Origin: an uncultured Thermoleophilia bacterium
GTDB taxonomy: Bacteria > Actinomycetota > Thermoleophilia > UBA2241
Length of the DNA stretch: 54,765 nucleotides
Assembly (NCBI GenBank): GCA_964545565.1
Contig: CAZJGT010000001.1
Location: 5,401-60,165 of the forward strand
Direction of reading: 5' to 3'
The first letter of the stretch is position 1, and each line of letters starts with the position of its first letter. The notes beneath the pieces are model-generated. The model was given only the letters and a program-made list of their open reading frames with translations, made no database searches and was not told where the DNA came from. The position numbers were made by a program, and so were the translations under genes. This document shows, piece after piece, positions 1-8,348 of this stretch.

Positions 1-941
1 TCGAACGAGGGCTGCAGCACGTTGGCGGTCGGCGGCGCAAGCTGCATCAGGCCGCTGATGGCCCGGCGCGTGCGCTCCAGCGTCGCGGCCTGCAGGACGG
101 TCCCCAGGCTGAAGAGAAAGGCGACGAGTGCCGCCTCGCTCCACTGGCCGATGGCCGCCGCGCCGGCCATGGCCAGCGTCATCAGGACGTTCATGTCCAC
201 CTGGCGGGCGCGCACGCTGAAGACCGCCGCACGCGCCACGTAAGCGCCGCCGCTGACGACCGCGGCGCCGAAGAGCCACGGCGCCGCGGTGGGCGCAGCC
301 GCGGTGGCGACGAATCCGGCGCCTGTGAACACGCCGGAGATGAGGGTGGCGAGGGCTCGCGGCTCGGCGAGCCAGAACCCTCGCCCGGCGCCGGCGGCGC
401 CGGCCTGATCGCGCCGCTTTGCGTCCTCAGCGCGCCGCTCCACGGTGTCGTAACCCAGGCGCCGCACGGCACGGAAGACGTCCACCATACCCGCCCGCGA
501 CGGATCGACGGCGACCGCGAGGGTCGCCGCGCCGAAGTTGACGTCGGCGCTGCGCACGCCGCGCTCCTTGCGCAGCGCCCCCTGAAGCTTGACCGCGCAG
601 TCTGCGCAGTCCATGCCGGTGACGTGCAGGATGCGGCGCTCCTCACCGTTCTCGCCGGGCAGTGGCCGGGAGAGGTCGAGCGGCCCGTGCACGTGCGCCT
701 CGAGCGGGCAGTGATCCTCACAGTGGGCCTGCGCGCCCGCCCGTCGTGCGAAGGTCCCGACGGCTTCTTCCGTCAGCTCCGCCTCGTCGAAGCGGACACG
801 GATGAGGCCATGAGGCACATCCGGCTCGGCGGCGTGGATGCCGTCGAGCCGGACCAGCTCGCGACTCACCTCGTGTACGCAGCCCCCGCACTCGGCGGCC
901 CGCGGCAGCAGAAGCGAGAGCTCGAGACTGCGTTCGGTCAT
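1..941 (-). CDS. Heavy-metal (Cd/Zn/Pb-type) P1B ATPase, N-terminal part; the gene continues past the left window edge
   Basis: Absent from the ORF track because it runs off the window. My translation from ATG at 941 gives MTERSLELSLLLPRAAECGGCVHEV...RILHVTGMDCADCAVKLQGAL (HMA domain with CxxC), then TM helices and ...RAISGLMQLAPPTANV. The start forms an ATGA overlap (938-941) with the stop of the ArsR-family gene. Confidence 0.8.
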   Translation of the reverse strand, partial: MTERSLELSLLLPRAAECGGCVHEVSRELVRLDGIHAAEPDVPHGLIRVRFDEAELTEEAVGTFARRAGAQAHCEDHCPLEAHVHGPLDLSRPLPGENGEERRILHVTGMDCADCAVKLQGALRKERGVRSADVNFGAATLAVAVDPSRAGMVDVFRAVRRLGYDTVERRAEDAKRRDQAGAAGAGRGFWLAEPRALATLISGVFTGAGFVATAAAPTAAPWLFGAAVVSGGAYVARAAVFSVRARQVDMNVLMTLAMAGAAAIGQWSEAALVAFLFSLGTVLQAATLERTRRAISGLMQLAPPTANVLQPSF

Positions 942-1453
942 GACGCCGACCGTCCGTCGCCGGCCGAAGCCGCCCCCGCCGGCGAACCGTCACCGGCGGC
1001 TTTGCCGGACGGGCTCTCGGGTCCGTGCTCGACGTGCTCGCGCGTGATGTCGAGCAGCACACGGATGTGCGCGTCGTCCGGAGAGTAGAAGACCCTCTTG
1101 CCGGCGCGGCGGGCGCGCACGAGGCCGTTTGCGCGCAGGACGCGCAGGTGATGGCTCACGTTGCTCTCGCTCATGGCGACGGTCGCGGCGAGGTCGCAGA
1201 CGCAGAGCTCTCCGGCCTCGATGATCGCCGCCATGAGGCGGCAGCGGCTCTGGTCGGCGAGCACCTTGAACACCGCTGCCATCCGGTCGGCGACATGGGC
1301 AGACACGAGGCGTGCCCTGACGGCCGTGACACGCTCTGCGTCGACCACGCGAACATCGCACCGGTCATCGAGCAGGTCCTCGCCGTCCTTGGCGCAGATC
1401 ACCGGATCGGAGGTGAAGCCGTTCCCCATGTCGACCGCCCAGTCAATGAACAT
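938..1453 (-). CDS. ArsR/SmtB-family metal-responsive repressor (CadC/CzrA-like)
   Basis: Winged-helix core RLMAAIIEAGELCVCDLAATVAMSESNVSHHLRVLRANGLV carries the ELCVCDL thiolate site. The stop overlaps the ATPase start. The true start may be the in-frame ATG at 1429 (MGNGF...), because ATG 1451-1453 lies inside the operator palindrome. Confidence 0.85.
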   Translation of the reverse strand: MFIDWAVDMGNGFTSDPVICAKDGEDLLDDRCDVRVVDAERVTAVRARLVSAHVADRMAAVFKVLADQSRCRLMAAIIEAGELCVCDLAATVAMSESNVSHHLRVLRANGLVRARRAGKRVFYSPDDAHIRVLLDITREHVEHGPESPSGKAAGDGSPAGAASAGDGRSAS

Positions 1454-1472
1454 ATGAACAGGTGTTCATATG
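1451..1472. promoter_or_regulatory. Perfect 10-2-10 palindrome CATATGAACA-GG-TGTTCATATG; candidate ArsR/SmtB operator
   Basis: The two arms are exact reverse complements. The TGAACA-N2-TGTTCA core resembles the 12-2-12 operators of SmtB/CzrA-type repressors. It lies at the 5' end of the arsR-ATPase operon and is AT-rich in a GC-rich genome. Confidence 0.7.
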
Positions 1473-1646
1473 ATACTCAGGAGGCACTGCGCCCGCAAGG
1501 CCGACGGCGGCCGGCGGTGCCGGGGCGGAGACAACGGCAGGCCGGCTCCACGGGGCGGGGCGAACGCGCCGCCCGGCGGCAGCGGCACGGCGAGGCCCCT
1601 GACGGTGCGTTCCGACGCGCCACATCGGATCTCATCGATACGGCTC

Positions 1647-1668
1647 TACATCAATGGAAGTTGATGTA
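1647..1668. repeat. AT-rich inverted repeat TACATCAA-N6-TTGATGTA immediately 3' of terC
   Basis: Exact 8-bp arms with a 6-nt spacer, 7 nt downstream of the terC stop (1675-1677). Whether it is a weak terminator or a protein-binding site is unknown. Confidence 0.5.
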
Positions 1669-1674
1669 AACGCA

Positions 1675-2670
1675 TCACCCGTCGTCTTCCTCCGCCGTCT
1701 TGATGAGGTCGCCGTGCCCGGCCGCCTCGAGTACGGCGGTGTCCGGCTCTGCGCCCTTCGTCAGCACCAGGGAGACGATCACCGACGTCCCGATGGCGAC
1801 GACGATCACCGCGAGTGAGGCAAGCACCGGGATGTGCACCCAGTGGCTGATCAGCATCTTGACGCCCACGAAGCCGAGCACGCCGGCGAGTCCCCAGCTC
1901 AGGTACTCGAACCGCTGCAGGCTGCCGGCGAGGGCGAAGTACAGCGAGCGCAGGCCCAGGATCGCGGCGATGTTGCTGGTGAAGACGACGAAGGTGATGT
2001 TGGAGATGGCCAGCACGGCGGGCACCGAGTCGATGGCGAACACGAGGTCGGCCGACTCGATCGCCACCAGGGCGATGATGAGCGGCGTGATGAACAGCTT
2101 GTCGCCGCGGCGGATGAAGAAGCGGTGCCCCTGGTAGTCGGCGGCCACCGGGAAGACCCGCCGCGAGAAACGTACGAGAGGGTTCTTCGCCGGCTCCACC
2201 TGGACGCCGTGCGAACGCACGAGTCGGTAGGCGGTGTAGACGAGCAGCGCCCCGAACAGGTAGATGATCCACTCGAAACGCTGGATGAGGCTTACGCCGG
2301 CAACGATGAAGGCGCCGCGCATGACCATCGCCCCGAGGATGCCCCAGAAGAGCACCTTGCGCTGATGCTGCAGGGCGATCCCGAGTGACCCGAAGACGAG
2401 GAGGAAGACAAAGAGATTGTCGATGCTGAGCGACTCTTCGATGAGGTAGCCGGCGAGGTACTGCTGCGCCGCCTCGCCGCCGTACCACAGCCAGACGAAT
2501 CCCGAGAAGCCCACCCCGAGGGAGATCCACACGGCACTCCATGCGAAGGCGGTGCGCGTGCTGACCACGCCGCTCTTGCGTCCCACGAAACCGAGGTCGA
2601 TGGTCAGGGCTACGGCGACGATGGCGAAGAACACCGCCCAGTGCAGCCCGGAACTCTCGATGTCGCTCAC
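1675..2670 (-). CDS. terC: TerC/Alx-family integral membrane protein
   Basis: 331-aa polytopic protein: ...YLAGYLIEESLSIDNLFVFLLVF... and ...ESADLVFAIDSVPAVLAI..., the duplicated TerC signature. GTG start at 2670. Confidence 0.9.
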   Translation of the reverse strand: MSDIESSGLHWAVFFAIVAVALTIDLGFVGRKSGVVSTRTAFAWSAVWISLGVGFSGFVWLWYGGEAAQQYLAGYLIEESLSIDNLFVFLLVFGSLGIALQHQRKVLFWGILGAMVMRGAFIVAGVSLIQRFEWIIYLFGALLVYTAYRLVRSHGVQVEPAKNPLVRFSRRVFPVAADYQGHRFFIRRGDKLFITPLIIALVAIESADLVFAIDSVPAVLAISNITFVVFTSNIAAILGLRSLYFALAGSLQRFEYLSWGLAGVLGFVGVKMLISHWVHIPVLASLAVIVVAIGTSVIVSLVLTKGAEPDTAVLEAAGHGDLIKTAEEDDG

Positions 2671-2703
2671 GTCGCGCCCCCCGGCGGTCGTCCCGCGCCG
2701 GCA

Positions 2704-2738
2704 TCAAGAAGACCCCCGACACGCTGTGCCGAAGGTCT
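2704..2738 (-). terminator. Expression-platform terminator of the Mn riboswitch
   Basis: The RNA AGACCUUCGGCAC-AGC-GUGUCGGGGGUCU forms a 13-bp stem (3 G-U pairs) followed by UCUUGAU. Its 5' arm (2726-2738) overlaps the 3' strand of aptamer helix P1 (2729-2735), so P1 and the terminator exclude each other. Confidence 0.6.
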
Positions 2739-2825
2739 TGCCGAACGCCGGCGCGCCCGGGGCCTGGGCCCGTGATGACGACCGCGCCGCTCACGCTGAC
2801 GGGCGAGCCGGCTACTCCCCTACGG
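2729..2825 (-). ncRNA. yybP-ykoY-type Mn2+ riboswitch aptamer (candidate)
   Basis: The RNA reads CCGUAGGGGAGUAGCCGG...GUCAGCGUGA...UCAUCAC...GGCAAGACCUUCGG. It has the conserved GGGGAGUAGC and CAAGACC blocks flanked by a P1 pairing (CCGUAGG with CCUUCGG). It lies in the 5' leader of terC, the classical partner gene family. The UUGAC-type element of the 3' half is not obvious. Confidence 0.7.
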
Positions 2826-2831
2826 ACCCCG

Positions 2832-2861
2832 AGCCTACTCGGCGGGCGCCCCGGGGGTCAA
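2832..2861 (-). promoter_or_regulatory. Candidate promoter of the riboswitch-terC transcript (TTGACC-18 nt-TAGGCT)
   Basis: On the minus strand the -35 TTGACC is at 2861-2856 and the -10 TAGGCT at 2837-2832. The -10 ends 6 nt before the start of aptamer helix P1. Confidence 0.45.
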
Positions 2862-2981
2862 CCGCGCCGAGGATCGTCCGGAGTCCCCTGCTGATCACTG
2901 GTCTGAACGCTTCCGGCTCCGTAGAATCGGGTCTCCGGCACGGATCGGCGGCGGGACGCACGCCCGCGAGGAGGACTCGAG

Positions 2982-4193
2982 ATGACCAGCACGCGACAGC
3001 CGTCCGAAGGCCAGCCCCGGGAGGCTCTCTCGCTCGATACCCTCGCCGTGCGCGGCGGAGAGGATGCCGCCCTCGCCCATGGGGCGACGCAGGTGCCCAT
3101 CGTCTACAGCGCCGCGTTCGGCTACGAGGACGTCGATACCTGGGTCGACGCGGCGCTCGGCCGCGCCCCGGGCCACATCTACACGCGCAACACCAACCCC
3201 ACGGTGGCGGCCTTCGAGGAGAAGGTCCGCCTGCTCGAAGGAGCGGAGGCGGCCACCAGCTTCTCCACCGGTATGGCCGCCGTCAGCAACACGCTCTTCG
3301 CGCTGCTGGCGCCCGGCGACCGCGTGGTCTCGGTCAAGGACACCTACGGCGGCACCAACCGGATGTTCCTCGACTTCCTGCCGCGCATCGGTGTGCGGGT
3401 AGAGCTCTGCGACACCACCGACCTCCAGCAAATCGAGACCGCCGTGGCCGAGGGATGCGACCTCCTCTATCTGGAGACGCCGACGAACCCGACGCTCAAG
3501 GTCATGGACATCGCCCGGCTCTCGGCGGCTGCGCACCACGCGGGCGCGATCGTGGTCGCCGACAACACCTTCGCGACGCCCATCAACCAGAACCCCCTGG
3601 CGCTGGGCGCGGACCTCGTACTGCACAGCGCCACCAAGTTCCTCGGCGGCCACGCCGACGCCCTCGGGGGCGTGCTCTGCGGCCCGCCCGAGCTCATCGA
3701 GAAGGTCTACCACTACCGCGAGATCACCGGCGCATCGCTCGATCCCATGGCCGCCTACCTGCTCGTGCGCAGCCTCAAGACTCTCGCCCTGCGCGTGCGG
3801 CAGCACAACGAGAACGCGCTCGCGATCGCGCGGTGGCTCCAGGAGCAGCCGTCCGTGGAGGCCGTGAACTACCCGGGGCTTGAGACCCACATGCATCACG
3901 ACGTTGCCGCCCGGCAGATGCGCGGGTACGGCGGCGTGCTCAGCTTCTCGCTTCGGGGCGGCTTCGAGGCCGTCAAGCGCGCCCTTCCGCGACTGCGGCT
4001 CGCCCATCTCGCCGCGAATCTGGGCGCCGTGGAGACGCTCGCGGGAGTGCCCGCGACCACCAGCCACGTGGAGTGCACCGCCGACGAGAGGGCGGCGATG
4101 GGCATCCCGGAAGGGCTCATCCGCTATTCCGTGGGCATCGAGGACGCAGACGATTTGATCAGGGACCTCGAGCAGGCGTTGGCCGTCGCATAG
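2982..4193 (+). CDS. Cys/Met-metabolism PLP enzyme (cystathionine gamma-synthase/lyase or methionine gamma-lyase family)
   Basis: YTRNTNPTV, LETPTNPTLKV and the PLP-lysine motif HSATKFLGGHAD are present, with C-terminal IRYSVGIED. SD GAGGAGGA lies upstream of the ATG. Confidence 0.9.
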   Translation: MTSTRQPSEGQPREALSLDTLAVRGGEDAALAHGATQVPIVYSAAFGYEDVDTWVDAALGRAPGHIYTRNTNPTVAAFEEKVRLLEGAEAATSFSTGMAAVSNTLFALLAPGDRVVSVKDTYGGTNRMFLDFLPRIGVRVELCDTTDLQQIETAVAEGCDLLYLETPTNPTLKVMDIARLSAAAHHAGAIVVADNTFATPINQNPLALGADLVLHSATKFLGGHADALGGVLCGPPELIEKVYHYREITGASLDPMAAYLLVRSLKTLALRVRQHNENALAIARWLQEQPSVEAVNYPGLETHMHHDVAARQMRGYGGVLSFSLRGGFEAVKRALPRLRLAHLAANLGAVETLAGVPATTSHVECTADERAAMGIPEGLIRYSVGIEDADDLIRDLEQALAVA

Positions 4194-4260
4194 GCTTCTG
4201 GGCAGCGACGCTGAGTGACATGATGGAGCGGATACCGGCCAGAGATTGGAGGACGCCGCC

Positions 4261-5652
4261 ATGAAGGACGACGTTGATGACGGCGGCGGGGGCAACGTAC
4301 CCGTGCCGGATGAGGTCACGAGTGTGACGCAGGCCGGCGGGTCGTCGGCGGACGAGAACGGTCCGACGGACGAGGTTGCGACGACGGTCCTCCCGGCGCA
4401 CAGGCCCAGCCGGTTGCGGCGCGTCCTGATCGGGCTGCTCATCGTCCTCTCGTGTCTGGCCGTGGTCGCCACCGGCCTCACGATCTGGACCCACTACACG
4501 GTCATGAACACCGACGGCTACATGAACCTGGTCGGGCCGATCGGCAAGGATCCCGAGGCGATCAAGAAGCTCAGCGGCTACATCGGTGATCAAGCCGCGA
4601 CGGCGACCGATCTGCAGCAGCGCGTGACGGAGGCGCTGCCGGAGCAGGCGCAGTTCTTCGCGGGGCCCATCACCGCTGCCGTCACCGACTTCATCGCCAA
4701 GGGCGCCAACAAGGTGCTGAGCACGCCGCGTGCCTACGACCTGTGGCTCAAGGTCAACCGCCTCGCGCACGAGAAGATCGTCGCGCTGTTGCGCGGCGAG
4801 ACGACGCGGGTCTACACGGAGGGCGACGACGTCAAGCTCAACCTGCTGCCCCTGGTGAGCCAGGTCCTCGTCTGGGTGGACGACAGGCTGCCGGGCGGGC
4901 TGGCGAGCAGATTCAGCCCGCCGGTCATCGCTCCCGAGACCGATCCCGCGGTCGCGATCCAAGAGGTCGCGAATTGGTCCGGCAAGCCGCTGCCTTCCGA
5001 TTTCGGGCAGGTCACACTGCTGCAGTCCGGCGCGCTCGCCCAGGCTCAGACGGTGGTCAAATGGTTCGACAGGCTGGTCTGGATCGTCCCGCTCGTCACG
5101 GTCGCGCTCATCGCCGTGACGATCTGGCTCTCGCGCCGTCGCGGGCGGACGGCGATCGCCCTCGGCATCGGCGCCGCGATCGCCATCGTCCTCACTCGCG
5201 TGGCCATCAAGCGCGCGTCCATCGCGTTGACCGACGATCTCGAGGAGGGCGGCGGCCTCAGCGTCGCGAAGGACGTGGTCAACGCCTCCCTCGGCCCACT
5301 CACGACGATCACCATCTGGATCGTGGTCATCGGCGTCGTGGCGGCCGTCGTCGCCTGGTTCCTCGGCCGCCGGGACCTGCGAAATGCCGCCGTCGCCGTC
5401 GGCAGGCGAGCCGTCAGCGGCAGCGGAGAGATCAGGCTCCCCGACTCGCCGGTGACCTCCTGGGTGGTCGATCACGTGACCGGCGTGCGCTGGGGTGTCC
5501 TCGTCGTGGGCCTCATCGTCCTCTCACTGGTGACCTCCTCGTGGTCCGGTATCGTCGCTGCGATCGTCGTGGTGCTGTTGCTTGAGGGCGCGCTCAGCCT
5601 TGTCGCCGAGCAATGGCCGTTCGCGCGATCGCAGGGCGATGAGTCCAGCTGA
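4261..5652 (+). CDS. Hypothetical membrane protein (one N-terminal TM, soluble middle part, about 5 C-terminal TMs)
   Basis: The frame is coding-like and hydrophobic helices are obvious (LIGLLIVLSCLAVVATGLTIW; WIVPLVTVALIAVTIWL). I prefer ATG 4261, preceded by GGAGGA, over the TTG at 4246 in the ORF track. No family recognised. Confidence 0.6.
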   Translation: MKDDVDDGGGGNVPVPDEVTSVTQAGGSSADENGPTDEVATTVLPAHRPSRLRRVLIGLLIVLSCLAVVATGLTIWTHYTVMNTDGYMNLVGPIGKDPEAIKKLSGYIGDQAATATDLQQRVTEALPEQAQFFAGPITAAVTDFIAKGANKVLSTPRAYDLWLKVNRLAHEKIVALLRGETTRVYTEGDDVKLNLLPLVSQVLVWVDDRLPGGLASRFSPPVIAPETDPAVAIQEVANWSGKPLPSDFGQVTLLQSGALAQAQTVVKWFDRLVWIVPLVTVALIAVTIWLSRRRGRTAIALGIGAAIAIVLTRVAIKRASIALTDDLEEGGGLSVAKDVVNASLGPLTTITIWIVVIGVVAAVVAWFLGRRDLRNAAVAVGRRAVSGSGEIRLPDSPVTSWVVDHVTGVRWGVLVVGLIVLSLVTSSWSGIVAAIVVVLLLEGALSLVAEQWPFARSQGDESS

Positions 5653-5674
5653 GGGGTCACACCCGGCGGCGAGG

Positions 5675-5680
5675 TAGAGT
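5675..5680 (+). promoter_or_regulatory. -10 box TAGAGT 6 nt upstream of the mntH ATG (leaderless candidate)
   Basis: TAGAGT-ggcgcc-ATG. There is no SD. The geometry matches five other genes in the window. Confidence 0.4.
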
Positions 5681-5686
5681 GGCGCC

Positions 5687-7069
5687 ATGACCGGGCACGA
5701 GGACAGGCCGGGGAGCGGGACTGCCGGGCAAGCCGGGCGGGCGCAGCCCGACCCGGCCGCCGAGCCGGCCGCGCCCGACCCGGGGCTCGAGCCGCCGGCC
5801 GACCTTGCGGACGACTCGCGCCCCAACGGGCCGCGCGACTTCGTGCGCGACCTGTTCTCGCGTGAGCTGCTCCGCTATCTCGGGCCGGGGTTCATCGTCA
5901 CCATCGGGTTCATCGACCCCGGCAACTGGGCCACCAACATCGCCGGCGGGTCCGAGTTCGGGTATGCGCTGCTGTGGGTCGTTTCGCTGAGCACGCTCAT
6001 GCTCATCTTTCTGCAGCACCTCTCGGCCAAGCTGGGGATCGTCACCGGGCGCTCGCTGGCGGTGAACGTTCGTGAGCGGCTGCCGAAGCCCGTCGTCTGG
6101 GTCGCCGGCGTGACCATCGTGCTGGCCTGCATGGCGACCGACCTCGCGGAGTACCTCGGCGCGGCGCTCGGCTTCTACCTCCTCTTCGGTCTCCCCCTGT
6201 GGCTCGGCACGCCCCTTACCGTGGCGCTGGTCTTCGTCGCGATCCTGGGGCAGCAGTACCATCGGCTCGAACGCATGATCGTCGTCTTTCTCGCGGTCAT
6301 CGCCGGCTGCTACATCATCGAGCTCTTTCTCGTCCATCCGGACTGGGGCGCCGCCGCCCCGCGATGGGTGATCCCGTCCGTGGACGGCGCCAGCATCCTG
6401 GTCGCGCTCGGCATGCTCGGCGCCATCGTGATGCCGCACAACATCTACGTGCACTCCAACGTGATCCTGTCGCGCGACTGGGACCTGGCGCCGGAGCGCC
6501 GCCGCCGGCTGATGAACTTCGAGCTCATCGACACGAGCCTCGCCATGGGCATGGGCTGGCTCGTGAACTCAGCGATGATCATCGTCGCGGCGGCGGTGTT
6601 CTTCGGGGCCGGTGTCACCGTGACGAGCATCGAGCAGGCGTCGGAGACGCTCGAGCCGCTGGTCGGGCCGCTGTCGCGGCTGCTCTTCGGCCTGGCGCTG
6701 CTCGTGGCGGGACTCGCCTCGTCCATCACGTCGTCGCTGGCGGAGGCCAACGTCGTCACGGGGTATCTCGGCAGGCCGGAGGACCCGCGTACCACCTTCT
6801 ACAGGGTCGGCCTCGTCGTCACCTCGCTGCCGGCGATGTTCGTCATCGTCATCGGGGTCGACACGTTCATGGCTTTGATCGTCAGCCAGGTGCTGCTGAG
6901 CATCCAGTTGCCGTTCACGATCATTCCCCTGCTGTGGTTGTCACGCAGCCGCCGGGTCATGGGTGTCGAGCGCATGAACCTGGTGCAGCTCGGCGTCGGC
7001 GTTCTCCTGGCCGCAGTCATCATCGGGCTGAACGGGTACCTCCTCTACGAGATCTTCTTCGGAGGCTGA
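5687..7069 (+). CDS. mntH: NRAMP-family divalent metal (Mn2+/Fe2+) transporter
   Basis: GPGFIVTIGFIDPGNWATNIAGGSEFGYALLWVV (DPGN motif) and MPHNIYVHS, about 11 TM helices. The N-terminus is low-complexity. Confidence 0.9.
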   Translation: MTGHEDRPGSGTAGQAGRAQPDPAAEPAAPDPGLEPPADLADDSRPNGPRDFVRDLFSRELLRYLGPGFIVTIGFIDPGNWATNIAGGSEFGYALLWVVSLSTLMLIFLQHLSAKLGIVTGRSLAVNVRERLPKPVVWVAGVTIVLACMATDLAEYLGAALGFYLLFGLPLWLGTPLTVALVFVAILGQQYHRLERMIVVFLAVIAGCYIIELFLVHPDWGAAAPRWVIPSVDGASILVALGMLGAIVMPHNIYVHSNVILSRDWDLAPERRRRLMNFELIDTSLAMGMGWLVNSAMIIVAAAVFFGAGVTVTSIEQASETLEPLVGPLSRLLFGLALLVAGLASSITSSLAEANVVTGYLGRPEDPRTTFYRVGLVVTSLPAMFVIVIGVDTFMALIVSQVLLSIQLPFTIIPLLWLSRSRRVMGVERMNLVQLGVGVLLAAVIIGLNGYLLYEIFFGG

Positions 7070-7072
7070 GCG

Positions 7073-7510
7073 ATGGGCGTCTACGATCACATCCTTGTCC
7101 CGCTCGAGGGCGGCGAGACCGACACCGTGGTGCTCGACCACGTCGCTCAGCTGGCCAGTGCCTGCGGCGCGGATGTCACGTTGCTTCGCGTGGCGCACTT
7201 CCACACACGCGATCAGCGCGCCTGCGAGCTGGAGGACGGCGAGGGCGCCCTGGAGCGCGCCTCAGGACTGCTGCGCGGCCGCGGCGTCACCGTGCACACG
7301 CTCCTGGTCTCGGGCGAACCACAGGACGTGATCGTGCAGCAGGCAGCCGAGCTGCGACCGGACCTCATCGCCATGGCCACGCACGGGCACGGCTGGGCGA
7401 AGCGCATGGTGCTCGGCAGCGTGGCCGACCACGTGCGGCACAACACCGACGTGCCGCTGCTGCTGCTCAAGGGCGGGGACGAGCTGCGCGATCCGGAACC
7501 GTCCGGCTGA
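7073..7510 (+). CDS. Universal stress protein (UspA family)
   Basis: YDHILVPLEGGETDTVVLDHV...IAMATHGHGWAKRMVLGSVADHVRHNTDVPLLLL. SD GGAGG; starts 3 nt after the mntH stop. Confidence 0.85.
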   Translation: MGVYDHILVPLEGGETDTVVLDHVAQLASACGADVTLLRVAHFHTRDQRACELEDGEGALERASGLLRGRGVTVHTLLVSGEPQDVIVQQAAELRPDLIAMATHGHGWAKRMVLGSVADHVRHNTDVPLLLLKGGDELRDPEPSG

Positions 7511-7529
7511 GGCTCTGCGGCGCACTCGC

Positions 7530-7535
7530 TATACT
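7530..7535 (+). promoter_or_regulatory. -10 box TATACT 9 nt upstream of the HAD gene ATG
   Basis: TATACT-tgcccggcc-ATG, no SD. Confidence 0.4.
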
Positions 7536-7544
7536 TGCCCGGCC

Positions 7545-8318
7545 ATGCCCGACCGTCTCATCCTCTTCGACATCGACTGCACGCTGATCGACGCCCACGG
7601 CGCCGGCGGCCGTGCGATGAGGCGCGCCATCCTCGATGTCTACGGCGTCGAGGGCGAGCTGGGCGACTACTCCTTCCACGGTCGCACCGATCCGGGCATC
7701 ATCCGCGACCTGGCCGATCTCTGGGGCGCCGGCGACCCAGAGGCGGTCTTCGCCGGCCACGAGGGCGAGATGCAGCCCCAGGTCATGCACGATCTGGCGG
7801 AGAGCCTCGGTACGCCCGACGATCTGATAGACGACCTCGTCGACGTCTGCATCGAGCGCTACCTGGAACTGATCGCACGCGAGATCGCCGAGGGCCGGGT
7901 GGATCTGCTGCCCGGGATCAAGGAGCTGGTGACCGCGCTCGCCGCCGACCGCCGGGCGCTCGTCGGTCTGGTCACCGGCAACGTGGAGGAGGGCGCCCGG
8001 ATCAAGCTGACGCCCACGGGCCTCTACCCGCTCTTCAAGGTCGGCGCGTACGGCTCCGACTCCGCCCACCGGCCGGAGCTGCCCGCCGTCGCCGTGACCC
8101 GGGCCGAGGCGCTCACCGGCCGGCGCTACGCCGGCAAGGACGTCGTGGTGATCGGTGACACGCCGGCCGACGTCGAGTGCGGCGCCGGCATCGGCGTCAC
8201 GTCCGTCGCGGTCGCGACCGGCCGGCACGGCGCGGAGGAGCTGGCCGCGTACGCGCCGGATCACCTCTTCACCGACTTCTCCGACTGGCGCGCCGCGTAC
8301 GCGGCCATCATCGACTGA
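7545..8318 (+). CDS. HAD-superfamily hydrolase (phosphoglycolate phosphatase-like)
   Basis: Motif I LILFDIDCTLID (DxDxT), motif II GLVTGN, motif IV VVIGDTPADVE. Confidence 0.85.
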   Translation: MPDRLILFDIDCTLIDAHGAGGRAMRRAILDVYGVEGELGDYSFHGRTDPGIIRDLADLWGAGDPEAVFAGHEGEMQPQVMHDLAESLGTPDDLIDDLVDVCIERYLELIAREIAEGRVDLLPGIKELVTALAADRRALVGLVTGNVEEGARIKLTPTGLYPLFKVGAYGSDSAHRPELPAVAVTRAEALTGRRYAGKDVVVIGDTPADVECGAGIGVTSVAVATGRHGAEELAAYAPDHLFTDFSDWRAAYAAIID

Positions 8319-8348
8319 CGTCGCAGCTGCCCTTCGCGGCGCCGGAGG

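Noticed and set aside
2862-2981. Possible SAM riboswitch in the leader of the Cys/Met PLP enzyme gene
   Set aside because: I could not find S-box, SAM-II, SAM-IV or SAM/SAH signature blocks (for example GCAACC or AGAGGGC...GCCC elements). The region is better explained as a divergent promoter plus SD.
2895-5475. Long minus-strand ORFs (2895-4481, 4159-5475) opposite the PLP enzyme and membrane protein genes
   Set aside because: The plus-strand genes have family motifs or TM helices and an SD. The antisense translations are low-complexity and Arg/Asp-rich.
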